DNA from: Anaerolineales bacterium
GTDB taxonomy: Bacteria; Chloroflexota; Anaerolineae; Anaerolineales; UBA4823
NCBI GenBank assembly: GCA_025057645.1
Contig: JANXBJ010000007.1
Span: 46,664 to 110,663 of the forward strand
Length of the DNA: 64,000 nt
Reading direction: 5' to 3'
A program made the translations under genes and the position numbers. Shown here piece by piece: positions 35,443 to 43,984 of this stretch (positions are counted from its first letter, which is position 1; each line of letters opens with the position of its first letter). Under the pieces are notes generated by a model. The model was not told where the DNA came from and did not search any database. It worked only from the letters and a program-made list of their open reading frames with translations.

Positions 35443-36951
35443 GTGACATCGAGGTTGCTCCTCGGACTGGATTTAGGCACTCAAGCAGTTAAGGGAGTTT
35501 TGGTAGACCTGAAGGGCAGGGTGGTGAGCGAAGCGCGCCACAACCGCCAGCCGCGCCATCCCCAACCCCATTGGGCAGAGATGGACCCCGAGCGAGATTG
35601 GTGGCTAGCCTCGGTCCATGTGATTCGCGAACTGCTCTCGAAAGCCAACCCGAGCCAATCTATCGAAGGGATTGGTGTCACTGCCCTTGCAAGTTGTTTG
35701 TGCCCCCTCGACTCAGAAGGCCGTCCGTTGCGGGCAGCTATCCTTTACTCGGACAACCGCGCTGTAGCAGAATTAGAGTGGGTCAACCGGCAACTGGGCA
35801 CAAAGCTGAGCGCCGAAGCCGTGGTGCCCAAATTGCTTTGGTTGAAGCATCATGAGCCCCAAGTGTTTGAGCGCACTGCCGTAAGCCTCACAGCGAACGG
35901 CTATGTGATCTATAAGCTAACCCGCATTCTCTCCATGGATTACGATAACGCTTCCATCATGGGGGGCGTCTTCGACCCCCACAGGCTGGTCTGGGATCAA
36001 GAGGCGCTGAGAGCGGTGGGGTTGCCTCCTTCTATTTTCCCCCAGCCCTTCCCGGCAACTGCAGTGGTCGGAAAAGTCACCAAAGAGGCAGCGGAGATGA
36101 CCGGCCTGCCGAGCGGCATTCCGGTCATTGCCGGCACCGGAGACACCTTTCCCACTATTGTCGGATGTGGAGCCATTCACCCTGGAGATGCGATGATCTC
36201 CTATGGGACGACCGGGTTACTCACCCTCACCGCCCGCCCACTGGTGGAGGTTGTCGCCGGCCCCCATTTTCAGGATGATGTTTCCGGCGGAGCCGTGCGT
36301 TGGGGGGCGAACGTACTCACCGCCGGGCGCCTCGCCCAATGGTTCCGAGACCAATTTGCCCAAGCGGAACTCTCCGTGGCACAAAGGCTAAAGTGCAGCG
36401 AGTTCGTGCTTTTGGAAGGAGAAGCGAAGGAGATTCCCCCGGGCGCCAATGGCTTGATCGCCCTACCGCATTTCTCGGGAAGAAGGACGCCCACTCCCAA
36501 TCCTTACTTACGAGGGGCGATCCTCGGCTTGACGCCTGCGCATACCCCCGCCCATGTCTATCGCAGCCTACTCGAGTCCTTCGCTTTCAATATTCGTCAA
36601 GGCTACGAGCCGTTGAGAGAGCAAATCCGCCGCCTGATTGCCACTGGCGGCGGCGCCTCCAGCGAGCTATGGCGCCAGATTATGGCAGACGTGCTAAATA
36701 CCCAGTTGATTTACTACCCGAAAGCCAGCGGCGCCTTGGGCATCGCCTATCTATGCGGATACGCTCTTGGGCTCATCCCGGACTTTGAGACCATTCAACA
36801 CGAGTGGCTCGCCGAAGCGAGTCTCACCCAACCAGACCCTCAGCAGGTTGGGCTTTACCAGCGGCTCTTTGAATATTACTGCAGGCTTGACCGAACCCTA
36901 GAAGGATTCTTCACCCAGATCGGTCAAGAACCGCATGGGATAACCTGCTAG
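35443..36951 (+). CDS. FGGY-family carbohydrate kinase (xylulokinase-like)
   Basis: LGLDLGTQAVKGVLVD N-terminal phosphate loop and GTGDTF. About 500 aa. The start is uncertain (GTG 35443 or TTG 35416). Confidence 0.8.
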   Translation: MTSRLLLGLDLGTQAVKGVLVDLKGRVVSEARHNRQPRHPQPHWAEMDPERDWWLASVHVIRELLSKANPSQSIEGIGVTALASCLCPLDSEGRPLRAAILYSDNRAVAELEWVNRQLGTKLSAEAVVPKLLWLKHHEPQVFERTAVSLTANGYVIYKLTRILSMDYDNASIMGGVFDPHRLVWDQEALRAVGLPPSIFPQPFPATAVVGKVTKEAAEMTGLPSGIPVIAGTGDTFPTIVGCGAIHPGDAMISYGTTGLLTLTARPLVEVVAGPHFQDDVSGGAVRWGANVLTAGRLAQWFRDQFAQAELSVAQRLKCSEFVLLEGEAKEIPPGANGLIALPHFSGRRTPTPNPYLRGAILGLTPAHTPAHVYRSLLESFAFNIRQGYEPLREQIRRLIATGGGASSELWRQIMADVLNTQLIYYPKASGALGIAYLCGYALGLIPDFETIQHEWLAEASLTQPDPQQVGLYQRLFEYYCRLDRTLEGFFTQIGQEPHGITC

Positions 36952-38330
36952 AACCAGTTTTGTGAACGCCAAGAACGAAATCCGGCGCGCTCCGCCATCC
37001 GTTCAGCCGCCCTCTGACAATCGGCAATCAGGCGTTCCTCATTGACCGTAAGCAACCTGCCTTGACGGACAACGATTTTGCCACCGACAATCACGGTATC
37101 CACATCGTTGCCGTTGGCATTGTAAACCAGAGCGGAAACGGGCGAATGCACCGGGGAGATGTGCGGCCGTTGCAGATTGACCAAAACAAGGTCGGCATAG
37201 GCTCCGGGAGCTAAACGGCCAATTTTATCGGACAAGCGCATCGCTCGAGCACCACCCTGGTAAACCATCTCGACAACTTGTTCCGGCGAAAGCACCGTAG
37301 CATCCAAGGTAGCCACTTTCTGCAAGCAAGCGGTGAACTTAAGCACTTCTAACAAGTCCTGAGAATTATTCGAGCCCGGTCCATCTGTAGCCAGGGCGAC
37401 AGGGATGTTCCGCTTGCGCCACTCAACCACCTTTGGGATGCCGGAGGCCAAATACATATTGCTTATCGGATTGTGAACGATTGTGGCTCCACTGCTTGCA
37501 ATCAAGTCCATTTCTTCTTCACTGACCCACACGCAGTGCACAAGCTGCCAACGTTCGTTCAACACCCCTAACTCATGCAGCCAACGCACTGGCGGCACGC
37601 CGTATTCATCTAAGCTCATCTGGACCTCAGGCTGAGTCTCGCTAACGTGAATATGGATTCCAACATCCCATTCCTTGGCAAGCTCATTAGCCTTGCGCAG
37701 CGTTTCCGCATGACATCCCCAGGGGATGAGAGGCCCAAATTCAACCCGAATTCGTCCATCCTCACGTTGGTTCCAAGTCTTGACAAGGCGCTCTGTTTCC
37801 TGAATAACAACATCAGCCGACTCTTGAAAGCGTGGATTATAGGGATCGCGCTCTGCATACCCTCTAGCTAACAAGGCACGCACACCAATTTCGTGAGCCG
37901 CATCGGCAACACGGTCCATATTCCTCTTCGAGACTTGGACATAATCCTGACTGAGCACCGAGGTGGCGCCACATTTCAGGTTTTCTGCAAAGCCGATCAA
38001 GGCAGAAAGGTAAATATCTTCTTCGGTCATTGCCAGAGCCCCCGGCCAGATGGCGCAGGCGAGCCATTCTAGAAGCGGCTTATCATCGGCTAAGCCACGC
38101 AAAAACGTTTGAAAGAGATGGGTATGGGCATTGATCAAGCCGGGAATGACCAAAAACCCCTTAGCCGAGATCAGCTCATCACACTCGTTCAAGAAGCGTT
38201 CCGGCGGCTCCCCCGCACCTACTGCTGCAATAGTTTCCCCCTGCACGTATACATATCCCGGGGTGAGAATCTCCTTATAACCTTGTTCGCCGGTCAAAAC
38301 TGCACCATCTCGAATCAGGATCTTTGACAT
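36948..38330 (-). CDS. COG0402-type amidohydrolase (nucleobase/nucleoside deaminase family, MtaD/GuaD-like)
   Basis: PGLINAHTHLFQTFLRGLADDKPLLEWL, HVSE and ATDGPGSNN metal and substrate motifs. 460 aa. Confidence 0.8.
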   Translation of the reverse strand: MSKILIRDGAVLTGEQGYKEILTPGYVYVQGETIAAVGAGEPPERFLNECDELISAKGFLVIPGLINAHTHLFQTFLRGLADDKPLLEWLACAIWPGALAMTEEDIYLSALIGFAENLKCGATSVLSQDYVQVSKRNMDRVADAAHEIGVRALLARGYAERDPYNPRFQESADVVIQETERLVKTWNQREDGRIRVEFGPLIPWGCHAETLRKANELAKEWDVGIHIHVSETQPEVQMSLDEYGVPPVRWLHELGVLNERWQLVHCVWVSEEEMDLIASSGATIVHNPISNMYLASGIPKVVEWRKRNIPVALATDGPGSNNSQDLLEVLKFTACLQKVATLDATVLSPEQVVEMVYQGGARAMRLSDKIGRLAPGAYADLVLVNLQRPHISPVHSPVSALVYNANGNDVDTVIVGGKIVVRQGRLLTVNEERLIADCQRAAERMAERAGFRSWRSQNWF

Positions 38331-38333
38331 GGA

Positions 38334-40793
38334 TCACCTCATTTCAGAATAAACTCCGCTGAAGTGCCAGCTCTCCCCGCGTGGAGCACCAAAACGGATA
38401 AACTTTCCTTCTCTCTGGTAAGAGATCGACTCCCCGTTGAGGGTAAGCAAACTCGGCGGTCCACCCAACCAATGAACTGCCACCGGGGCCCAGGCGTTCT
38501 CGACATAGAGGTCGAATCGCTCCGGGGAAACCCGATAGCGCACGAGAGATTCATGACCCTCGGGTGAGAGAAAAGTACGTAGCAGCTCCCCCTCTGCGGG
38601 ATAAACCTCTAGGGTCAGCGGATCGCAAGGTTTTTCCCCCACAAAGTTCATTTCCGGCCCGTAAGGAATTGCACTCCCGGCGCGCACATACAAGGGCAGG
38701 ATATCCAACGCAGCCTCAATATCCAGCCACGCTGGTCCAGCGAATTCCTCTTTTGTCCAGTAGTCCACCCACCGGCCTGGCGGCAAATACACCCTGCGCC
38801 TGTTCGTCTCATCTAAAATCGGAGCAACCAAAAAGCTGCTGCCGAAGAGGTATTCATCCTCAATGAAGGGAGCAACTGGGTCTTGCTGAAACTCAAGGAT
38901 CAGGGCACGCAAGAACGGTAAGCTGTTTTCGACACACTCTTTAGCTTCACTAAGGATATAAGGCAGCAATCGATAGCGCAACTTCATGTACTTGCGGAAG
39001 ATTTGTTCCGTCTGCTCCCCGTACTCCCAAGGTTCGCGCGGCGGCTGACCATGACAACGCACATGAGAGGTAAAGGCCCCAAGCTGAATCCATCGCGCAT
39101 AGAGTTCGGGGCTGGGCAAGCCACTGAATCCCCCGACATCGTGGCTGTAAAACACAAAACCGCTTAGGCCAAAATTTAAGGCCGACCGCACAACGCAGGC
39201 GAGGTCCTCGAACCGGGCAATTCCATCCCCCGACCAGTGCACTGGATATCGCTGGCAACCCGCCCACGCAGAGCGAGCCCAGATCACTGCATTCCCCTTA
39301 CCAAAAAACTCTTCGGTAGCCTCAAAAATCGCTTGATTATAGAGGAGGGGGAAGAGGTTGTGCACAGACGAGGCAGAAGCGCTGTGATAAACCGCTTCTG
39401 GTGGTGCCCCTTCGCCGAAATCCGCTTTGATCGCTGCTACGCCCAAGGCAAACAAATCCCGAAGTTTCTGTTTGATCCACTCGACCATCTGAGGGTTTGA
39501 GTAATCGAGCAAAGCAGCATCGCTGAGAAAGCCGCTGAAGAGATAAGGGGTGCCCACCGGCCGCTTGGCGAAAAAGCCCTTTTCGGCGGCTTCGGGGAAC
39601 AGCGGCGACTCGACAAGAATATTTGGCAACTGCCAAAGAGAAACGCGAAATCCCTTTTCTTTGAGCCTTTGGAGCATACCTTGCGGGTCGGGGAAATTCT
39701 GTTTACCGAACTTCAAATCACAGACCCACTCACGCTCATACCATCCTGTGTCAATATGGATCACGTCGCATGGGATGTCATGTTGGCGAAGTCGATCGGC
39801 CACTTCTTCCACTTGCTGCTGATTGGAATAAGTGACTCGCGACATCCACAGTCCGAAACTCCATGGGGGAGGGAGAGCAGGTCTGCCTGTGATGTCGGTA
39901 TACCCTTTTAGAATCTCCTTCAGAGTCTCGCCCACAATCACGAACAAGTCCATCCATTCGGCATCTTCCACCAACACAGACACAGCGGTGTGATCGCGGC
40001 AGCCAATATCAAAGCGAACGGCATTCGAGGTGTGAACGAAAAGGCCGTAACCGCGAGTGCTCATGTAAAACGGCGTCTGTTTATAGGCTGCCGGCGAAGC
40101 ATTACCGAAACACTCCTGAACCCACAAGCGGCGCTCGATATTACGCTTATCGAGGCGGCCAAAATCCTCTCCCAACCCGTAAACATGCTCGTCATAATGA
40201 AGCTGAAATGAGCCGAACACAGCAGAAGGCTTTTCTGCGGTTACGCCACAAGGGTAAGCATACCGGTGCAGAAACAGCCACCGTTCCTGAGGTGGACTCC
40301 ACTGATATGCTGGGCGACGCAGTGGCTCGATATCTACAGGGCGCGTTGCCCAAACCACGTTGCCTTTTCGGTCTTGGAGCAGTAGTTGCCAAGGCTCGCG
40401 AAGAACTTTGAGGGAAATGGCCGAGGTAGAGATAGTCAGCCCGTCCTCGCTCTCTTCAAGTTGAAACTCAACCGACTGCTCGAAATTTCCGACCACCATC
40501 GGCGAGTGGAACTCAGGAATCCTTTCCCCCCTCCCCCAGCAAACACGCAAGATCGAGGGGGTACAAAAATGAAGGAGGACTCTAAGATCAGCCGTCTCCT
40601 CGGGAGGGGCAAACGTAGTCTCACAGCGGGTACCGTAAAAGTTGTATACCACGGGATGGTAGCGTCCCGCTTTACAAGTCAACTCGATCCGATTGCCCTG
40701 CCGCTGATAGGTTTTGAGCTCTCGAACTAAGTCCACATCGCGGCTCACGCCAAGAAAGGGAGATAACTCATAGGTCGATGCCATAGGACTCAT
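38334..40793 (-). CDS. Glycoside hydrolase family 31 (alpha-xylosidase/alpha-glucosidase, YicI-like)
   Basis: 819 aa. The IKADFGE nucleophile motif matches the KTDFGE of YicI, and HWSGD lies downstream. A strong AAGGAG SD sits inside the 3' end of the AOR gene. Confidence 0.85.
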   Translation of the reverse strand: MSPMASTYELSPFLGVSRDVDLVRELKTYQRQGNRIELTCKAGRYHPVVYNFYGTRCETTFAPPEETADLRVLLHFCTPSILRVCWGRGERIPEFHSPMVVGNFEQSVEFQLEESEDGLTISTSAISLKVLREPWQLLLQDRKGNVVWATRPVDIEPLRRPAYQWSPPQERWLFLHRYAYPCGVTAEKPSAVFGSFQLHYDEHVYGLGEDFGRLDKRNIERRLWVQECFGNASPAAYKQTPFYMSTRGYGLFVHTSNAVRFDIGCRDHTAVSVLVEDAEWMDLFVIVGETLKEILKGYTDITGRPALPPPWSFGLWMSRVTYSNQQQVEEVADRLRQHDIPCDVIHIDTGWYEREWVCDLKFGKQNFPDPQGMLQRLKEKGFRVSLWQLPNILVESPLFPEAAEKGFFAKRPVGTPYLFSGFLSDAALLDYSNPQMVEWIKQKLRDLFALGVAAIKADFGEGAPPEAVYHSASASSVHNLFPLLYNQAIFEATEEFFGKGNAVIWARSAWAGCQRYPVHWSGDGIARFEDLACVVRSALNFGLSGFVFYSHDVGGFSGLPSPELYARWIQLGAFTSHVRCHGQPPREPWEYGEQTEQIFRKYMKLRYRLLPYILSEAKECVENSLPFLRALILEFQQDPVAPFIEDEYLFGSSFLVAPILDETNRRRVYLPPGRWVDYWTKEEFAGPAWLDIEAALDILPLYVRAGSAIPYGPEMNFVGEKPCDPLTLEVYPAEGELLRTFLSPEGHESLVRYRVSPERFDLYVENAWAPVAVHWLGGPPSLLTLNGESISYQREGKFIRFGAPRGESWHFSGVYSEMR

Positions 40794-40794
40794 C

Positions 40795-42717
40795 CTAATT
40801 CTCCTTCATATAGTCTAAGAGTTCGAGCTGCTCAACCGCTTGACGAGAAGGTATGCCCTGCTCATCCCAGCCCATGCGACGGTAGTATACGCCCAGCCAG
40901 TAGCGCATTTCCTCCGGGGTTAGAGCTCGGTTGGCGATCGGACCTTCTGAGAGCTTATAAAAAGCGCGGGCACTCAAGCGATCATCCTGAGCAGTAAAGC
41001 CTTCCCGCAACAAGTAGAGACGGCCCAGTGTGATCGCCCGAAGGCCGATGCGATTGATTTCATCTAGGGTGACATCCCACCCAGAAGCAGCGCTGAGGGC
41101 TTCCACCATATGTTGGTACAAATAAGGGTAGAAATGGCAGATCACTGCGCAGTCATAAAAGTTCTTGAAAGCGGTCTCATAGTAAAAAGCCTCGATCTTG
41201 AGTTCCGAAATCCCCCAAAGAGGCATCGGAACCGGAAGACCAACTTCCTTCAAGCGTGAGCAAATATCGCCCTCTTCAGCCGTGGCAAAGCTGTCATTAT
41301 AGTTATGCATGTGATCTGCCCCAGTGGCAGAGAGGGCATATCCCATGGCCATCGTTTGTTTCAGACGCGGATCGTGCATGGGCAACTCTTGCCCTCGACC
41401 GGTTGCTAACCACTCATGTGCCCTACCTCCAAGCCGATCCGCCAGTCTCTGGCTTCCCTCGGCCATCCAATCGCCTGGGCCCTCTCGATGAGCAATCTGA
41501 TGGATAGCCCTAATCAAGGACTCGCCATCCCCAAAGCGGGGTGCTATCTCCCGCCATTCGAGCGGCAATGCGCCCTGCTCAAGGGCTTCCATAGCAAAAG
41601 CAATGGTGCCGCCAGTCGAAATGCTATCCAATCCATAGGCGTTGCACAGCTCATTCGCCTTAGCGATGACCACCGGATCGGAAATATCACAAAGAGGACC
41701 CAGCGAGGCAATCGATTCGTATTCCAACCCGCCGTAGCGGGTATCGATTGGGGTTTCTTCGTCCTCGTATCCGACGACCAACTTGCAACGGACCGGGCAC
41801 TTGTTACAGGTATCTCGGTCTCTCACCAAGAGTCGAAAGAGCTGTTCTGGCTCTAATTGGTCAGCTCCGCTCAAAAGACCTCGAGTATAGTTTCGGATCG
41901 CCGTGGCGCCAGTAAGCACATTCCCCAACGCCGAGCCAGCCGTGCCATATTGGATCGCCCAAGCCATATCAGTCTTGTAGTGCACATTAATCCATTTCTG
42001 GACCGTCTGCATAAGGCTTTTGTTCTCCAATCCTACAGGGAGCGAGCCGCGCACAGCGACAGCCTTGAGATTTTTGCTCCCCATAACGGCACCGATCCCC
42101 GACCGCCCCGCTGCGCGGCTCACATCGTGCATCACGCTAGCATAGCGCACAAGATTCTCCCCGGCCGGCCCAATACAAGCCACACGCAGCTTCTCATCAC
42201 CTACTGCCTCTCGGAGCGCATCCTGCGTATCGGCGGTGGTTTTGCCCCAAAGGTGTTTGGCCGAGTGGAGCTCTACTTCCCGGTCGCGAATCAATAGATA
42301 GACGGGTTCTGCAGCCCTACCGTGAATCACCACCGCGTCATACCCAGCGCGCTTTAGCTCGCTCCCCCACCACCCTCCGGCCTCGCTCGAGGCCAACGCT
42401 CCGGTGAGCGGAGATTTAGCGCCGATGGCATGTCTCCCCGTTCCGGGGAGCACCGTCCCGCTCAGGACTCCGGCAGCAAAGATGAGCAAATTCTGCGGGC
42501 CTAGGGGATCAATTCTTGGGGGAGTTTGCGTCAGCAGATAGTGCAAAATAAAATTTCTGCCCCCCACAAAACGGCGATAAAATGCCTCGGGTGGAGATTC
42601 CACCCAACAACGGGGGGTGGTAAGATCCACATGCAACACCAAACCCGTATAAGCACTCTGCCCGTTTAGAAACTCCGCTCTTGGCAAGGGTAACGTATCA
42701 GCCTTGTAGACCAGCAT
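40795..42717 (-). CDS. Aldehyde:ferredoxin oxidoreductase family (tungstopterin/4Fe-4S)
   Basis: 640 aa. The N-terminal AOR_N-like region and the CNKCPVRC (CxxCxxxC) cluster motif are typical of AOR-family enzymes. Confidence 0.85.
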   Translation of the reverse strand: MLVYKADTLPLPRAEFLNGQSAYTGLVLHVDLTTPRCWVESPPEAFYRRFVGGRNFILHYLLTQTPPRIDPLGPQNLLIFAAGVLSGTVLPGTGRHAIGAKSPLTGALASSEAGGWWGSELKRAGYDAVVIHGRAAEPVYLLIRDREVELHSAKHLWGKTTADTQDALREAVGDEKLRVACIGPAGENLVRYASVMHDVSRAAGRSGIGAVMGSKNLKAVAVRGSLPVGLENKSLMQTVQKWINVHYKTDMAWAIQYGTAGSALGNVLTGATAIRNYTRGLLSGADQLEPEQLFRLLVRDRDTCNKCPVRCKLVVGYEDEETPIDTRYGGLEYESIASLGPLCDISDPVVIAKANELCNAYGLDSISTGGTIAFAMEALEQGALPLEWREIAPRFGDGESLIRAIHQIAHREGPGDWMAEGSQRLADRLGGRAHEWLATGRGQELPMHDPRLKQTMAMGYALSATGADHMHNYNDSFATAEEGDICSRLKEVGLPVPMPLWGISELKIEAFYYETAFKNFYDCAVICHFYPYLYQHMVEALSAASGWDVTLDEINRIGLRAITLGRLYLLREGFTAQDDRLSARAFYKLSEGPIANRALTPEEMRYWLGVYYRRMGWDEQGIPSRQAVEQLELLDYMKEN

Positions 42718-42720
42718 AGC

Positions 42721-42984
42721 CTACCCTCCGCTAATTTGTACAACTAGGCGGACCTCGTCGCCTGAGTGCAAAATGTAGGATAAGTCCTGCGTAATGCCGT
42801 TGACAACCGGCGTGAGGGCGTTGGGCAGGCGCACCCCCAATAGCTGCAAAGCTTCGCAGATCGAGATACCGGCAGGGACGGGCACCCGACAAGGAGCCTC
42901 CGCACATCCGGCGGGTTTTGCAGTGAGCAGGGAGTGAAGACGTTTATCTATAATAACGAACGCCTGTCCTTCGCCCATTTGCAT
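42721..42984 (-). CDS. MoaD/ThiS-like ubiquitin-fold protein ending in Gly-Gly
   Basis: 87 aa with C-terminus ...GDEVRLVVQISGG followed directly by TAG. It lies 3 nt upstream of the AOR start. Confidence 0.7.
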   Translation of the reverse strand: MQMGEGQAFVIIDKRLHSLLTAKPAGCAEAPCRVPVPAGISICEALQLLGVRLPNALTPVVNGITQDLSYILHSGDEVRLVVQISGG

Positions 42985-42986
42985 CC

Positions 42987-43979
42987 CTAAATCCTTCCAC
43001 CCATGGTCAAGGCCATTAAGGCCTTCTGAACATGAAGACGGTTTTCAGCCTCATCGTAAATCACCGATTGAGGTCCATCGACAACCGCATCGGTTGCCTC
43101 ATACCCGCGATCGATCGGCATACAATGCATGTAAATGGCCTGTTTTTTAGCCAAACCCATGCGCCGTTCATCACAGATCCAGTCCTTATGCTGGTCGCAC
43201 ATCGCCTGTACTTCCTTCGGATCCTCAGTGACCATAATCGGCCCCCAAGACTTGGCGTAAACGATGTCAGCGCCTTCACAGGCGGCATCCATCGAATCAA
43301 CGACTTCAAATTTAGTGCCATTCTCTGCAGCGTGGCGTCGAGCTGCCTCCAGACACTTTGGCATCAGCTCAAACCCTTTGGGATGCGCAAGGGTAACGTC
43401 CATCCCGAACCGAGTCATCAACATAATGAGCGCTTGGGGCACCGACAGCGGGCGGACATATTTCGGCGCATAAGTCCACGAGATCACGAACTTTAAACCG
43501 CGCAGGTTGTGGCCGAATTTCTCGCAGATGGTCATCAGATCAGCCATGGACTGACAAGGATGGTCGACATCGTCCTGCATCGAGATTACCGGGATATTCA
43601 CATATTTTGCCAGCTCATACATATAGGCCTGGCCGATATTGGTGCGACAATCGCGCACTGCGATTCCGTGACCGTAACGCTCCAAGACCATCCCAGTGTC
43701 TTTGGCGTTCTCGCCATGGCCTACTTGGGTAGCGCTAGGCGTCAGATAAATTGCATGGCCGCCTAGTTGAGTAATTCCCGACTCGAAGCTGTTGCGTGTA
43801 CGAGTCGACTCCTCAAAGAACAGCATGAATAGAGTCTTCGCCCGTAGAATATGGTCGTGGGGCTCACCACACGCAAAGCGGCGTTTTAGGTCCGCTGCCA
43901 TTTCGAGCATCGAGTTGAGCTCTTCGATACTCCAATCCTCTGTGGTAATGAAATCCTTACCGTAGAGATTCGTGAGCAT
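42987..43979 (-). CDS. YgeW-like carbamoyltransferase
   Basis: ESTRTRNSFE carbamoyl-phosphate motif, HPCQSMADL, PLSVPQALIMLMTRFGMDVTLAHP and YMHCMP. These blocks resemble E. coli YgeW as I recall it, rather than classical OTC/ATC. 330 aa. Confidence 0.75.
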   Translation of the reverse strand: MLTNLYGKDFITTEDWSIEELNSMLEMAADLKRRFACGEPHDHILRAKTLFMLFFEESTRTRNSFESGITQLGGHAIYLTPSATQVGHGENAKDTGMVLERYGHGIAVRDCRTNIGQAYMYELAKYVNIPVISMQDDVDHPCQSMADLMTICEKFGHNLRGLKFVISWTYAPKYVRPLSVPQALIMLMTRFGMDVTLAHPKGFELMPKCLEAARRHAAENGTKFEVVDSMDAACEGADIVYAKSWGPIMVTEDPKEVQAMCDQHKDWICDERRMGLAKKQAIYMHCMPIDRGYEATDAVVDGPQSVIYDEAENRLHVQKALMALTMGGRI

Positions 43980-43984
43980 AGCCT

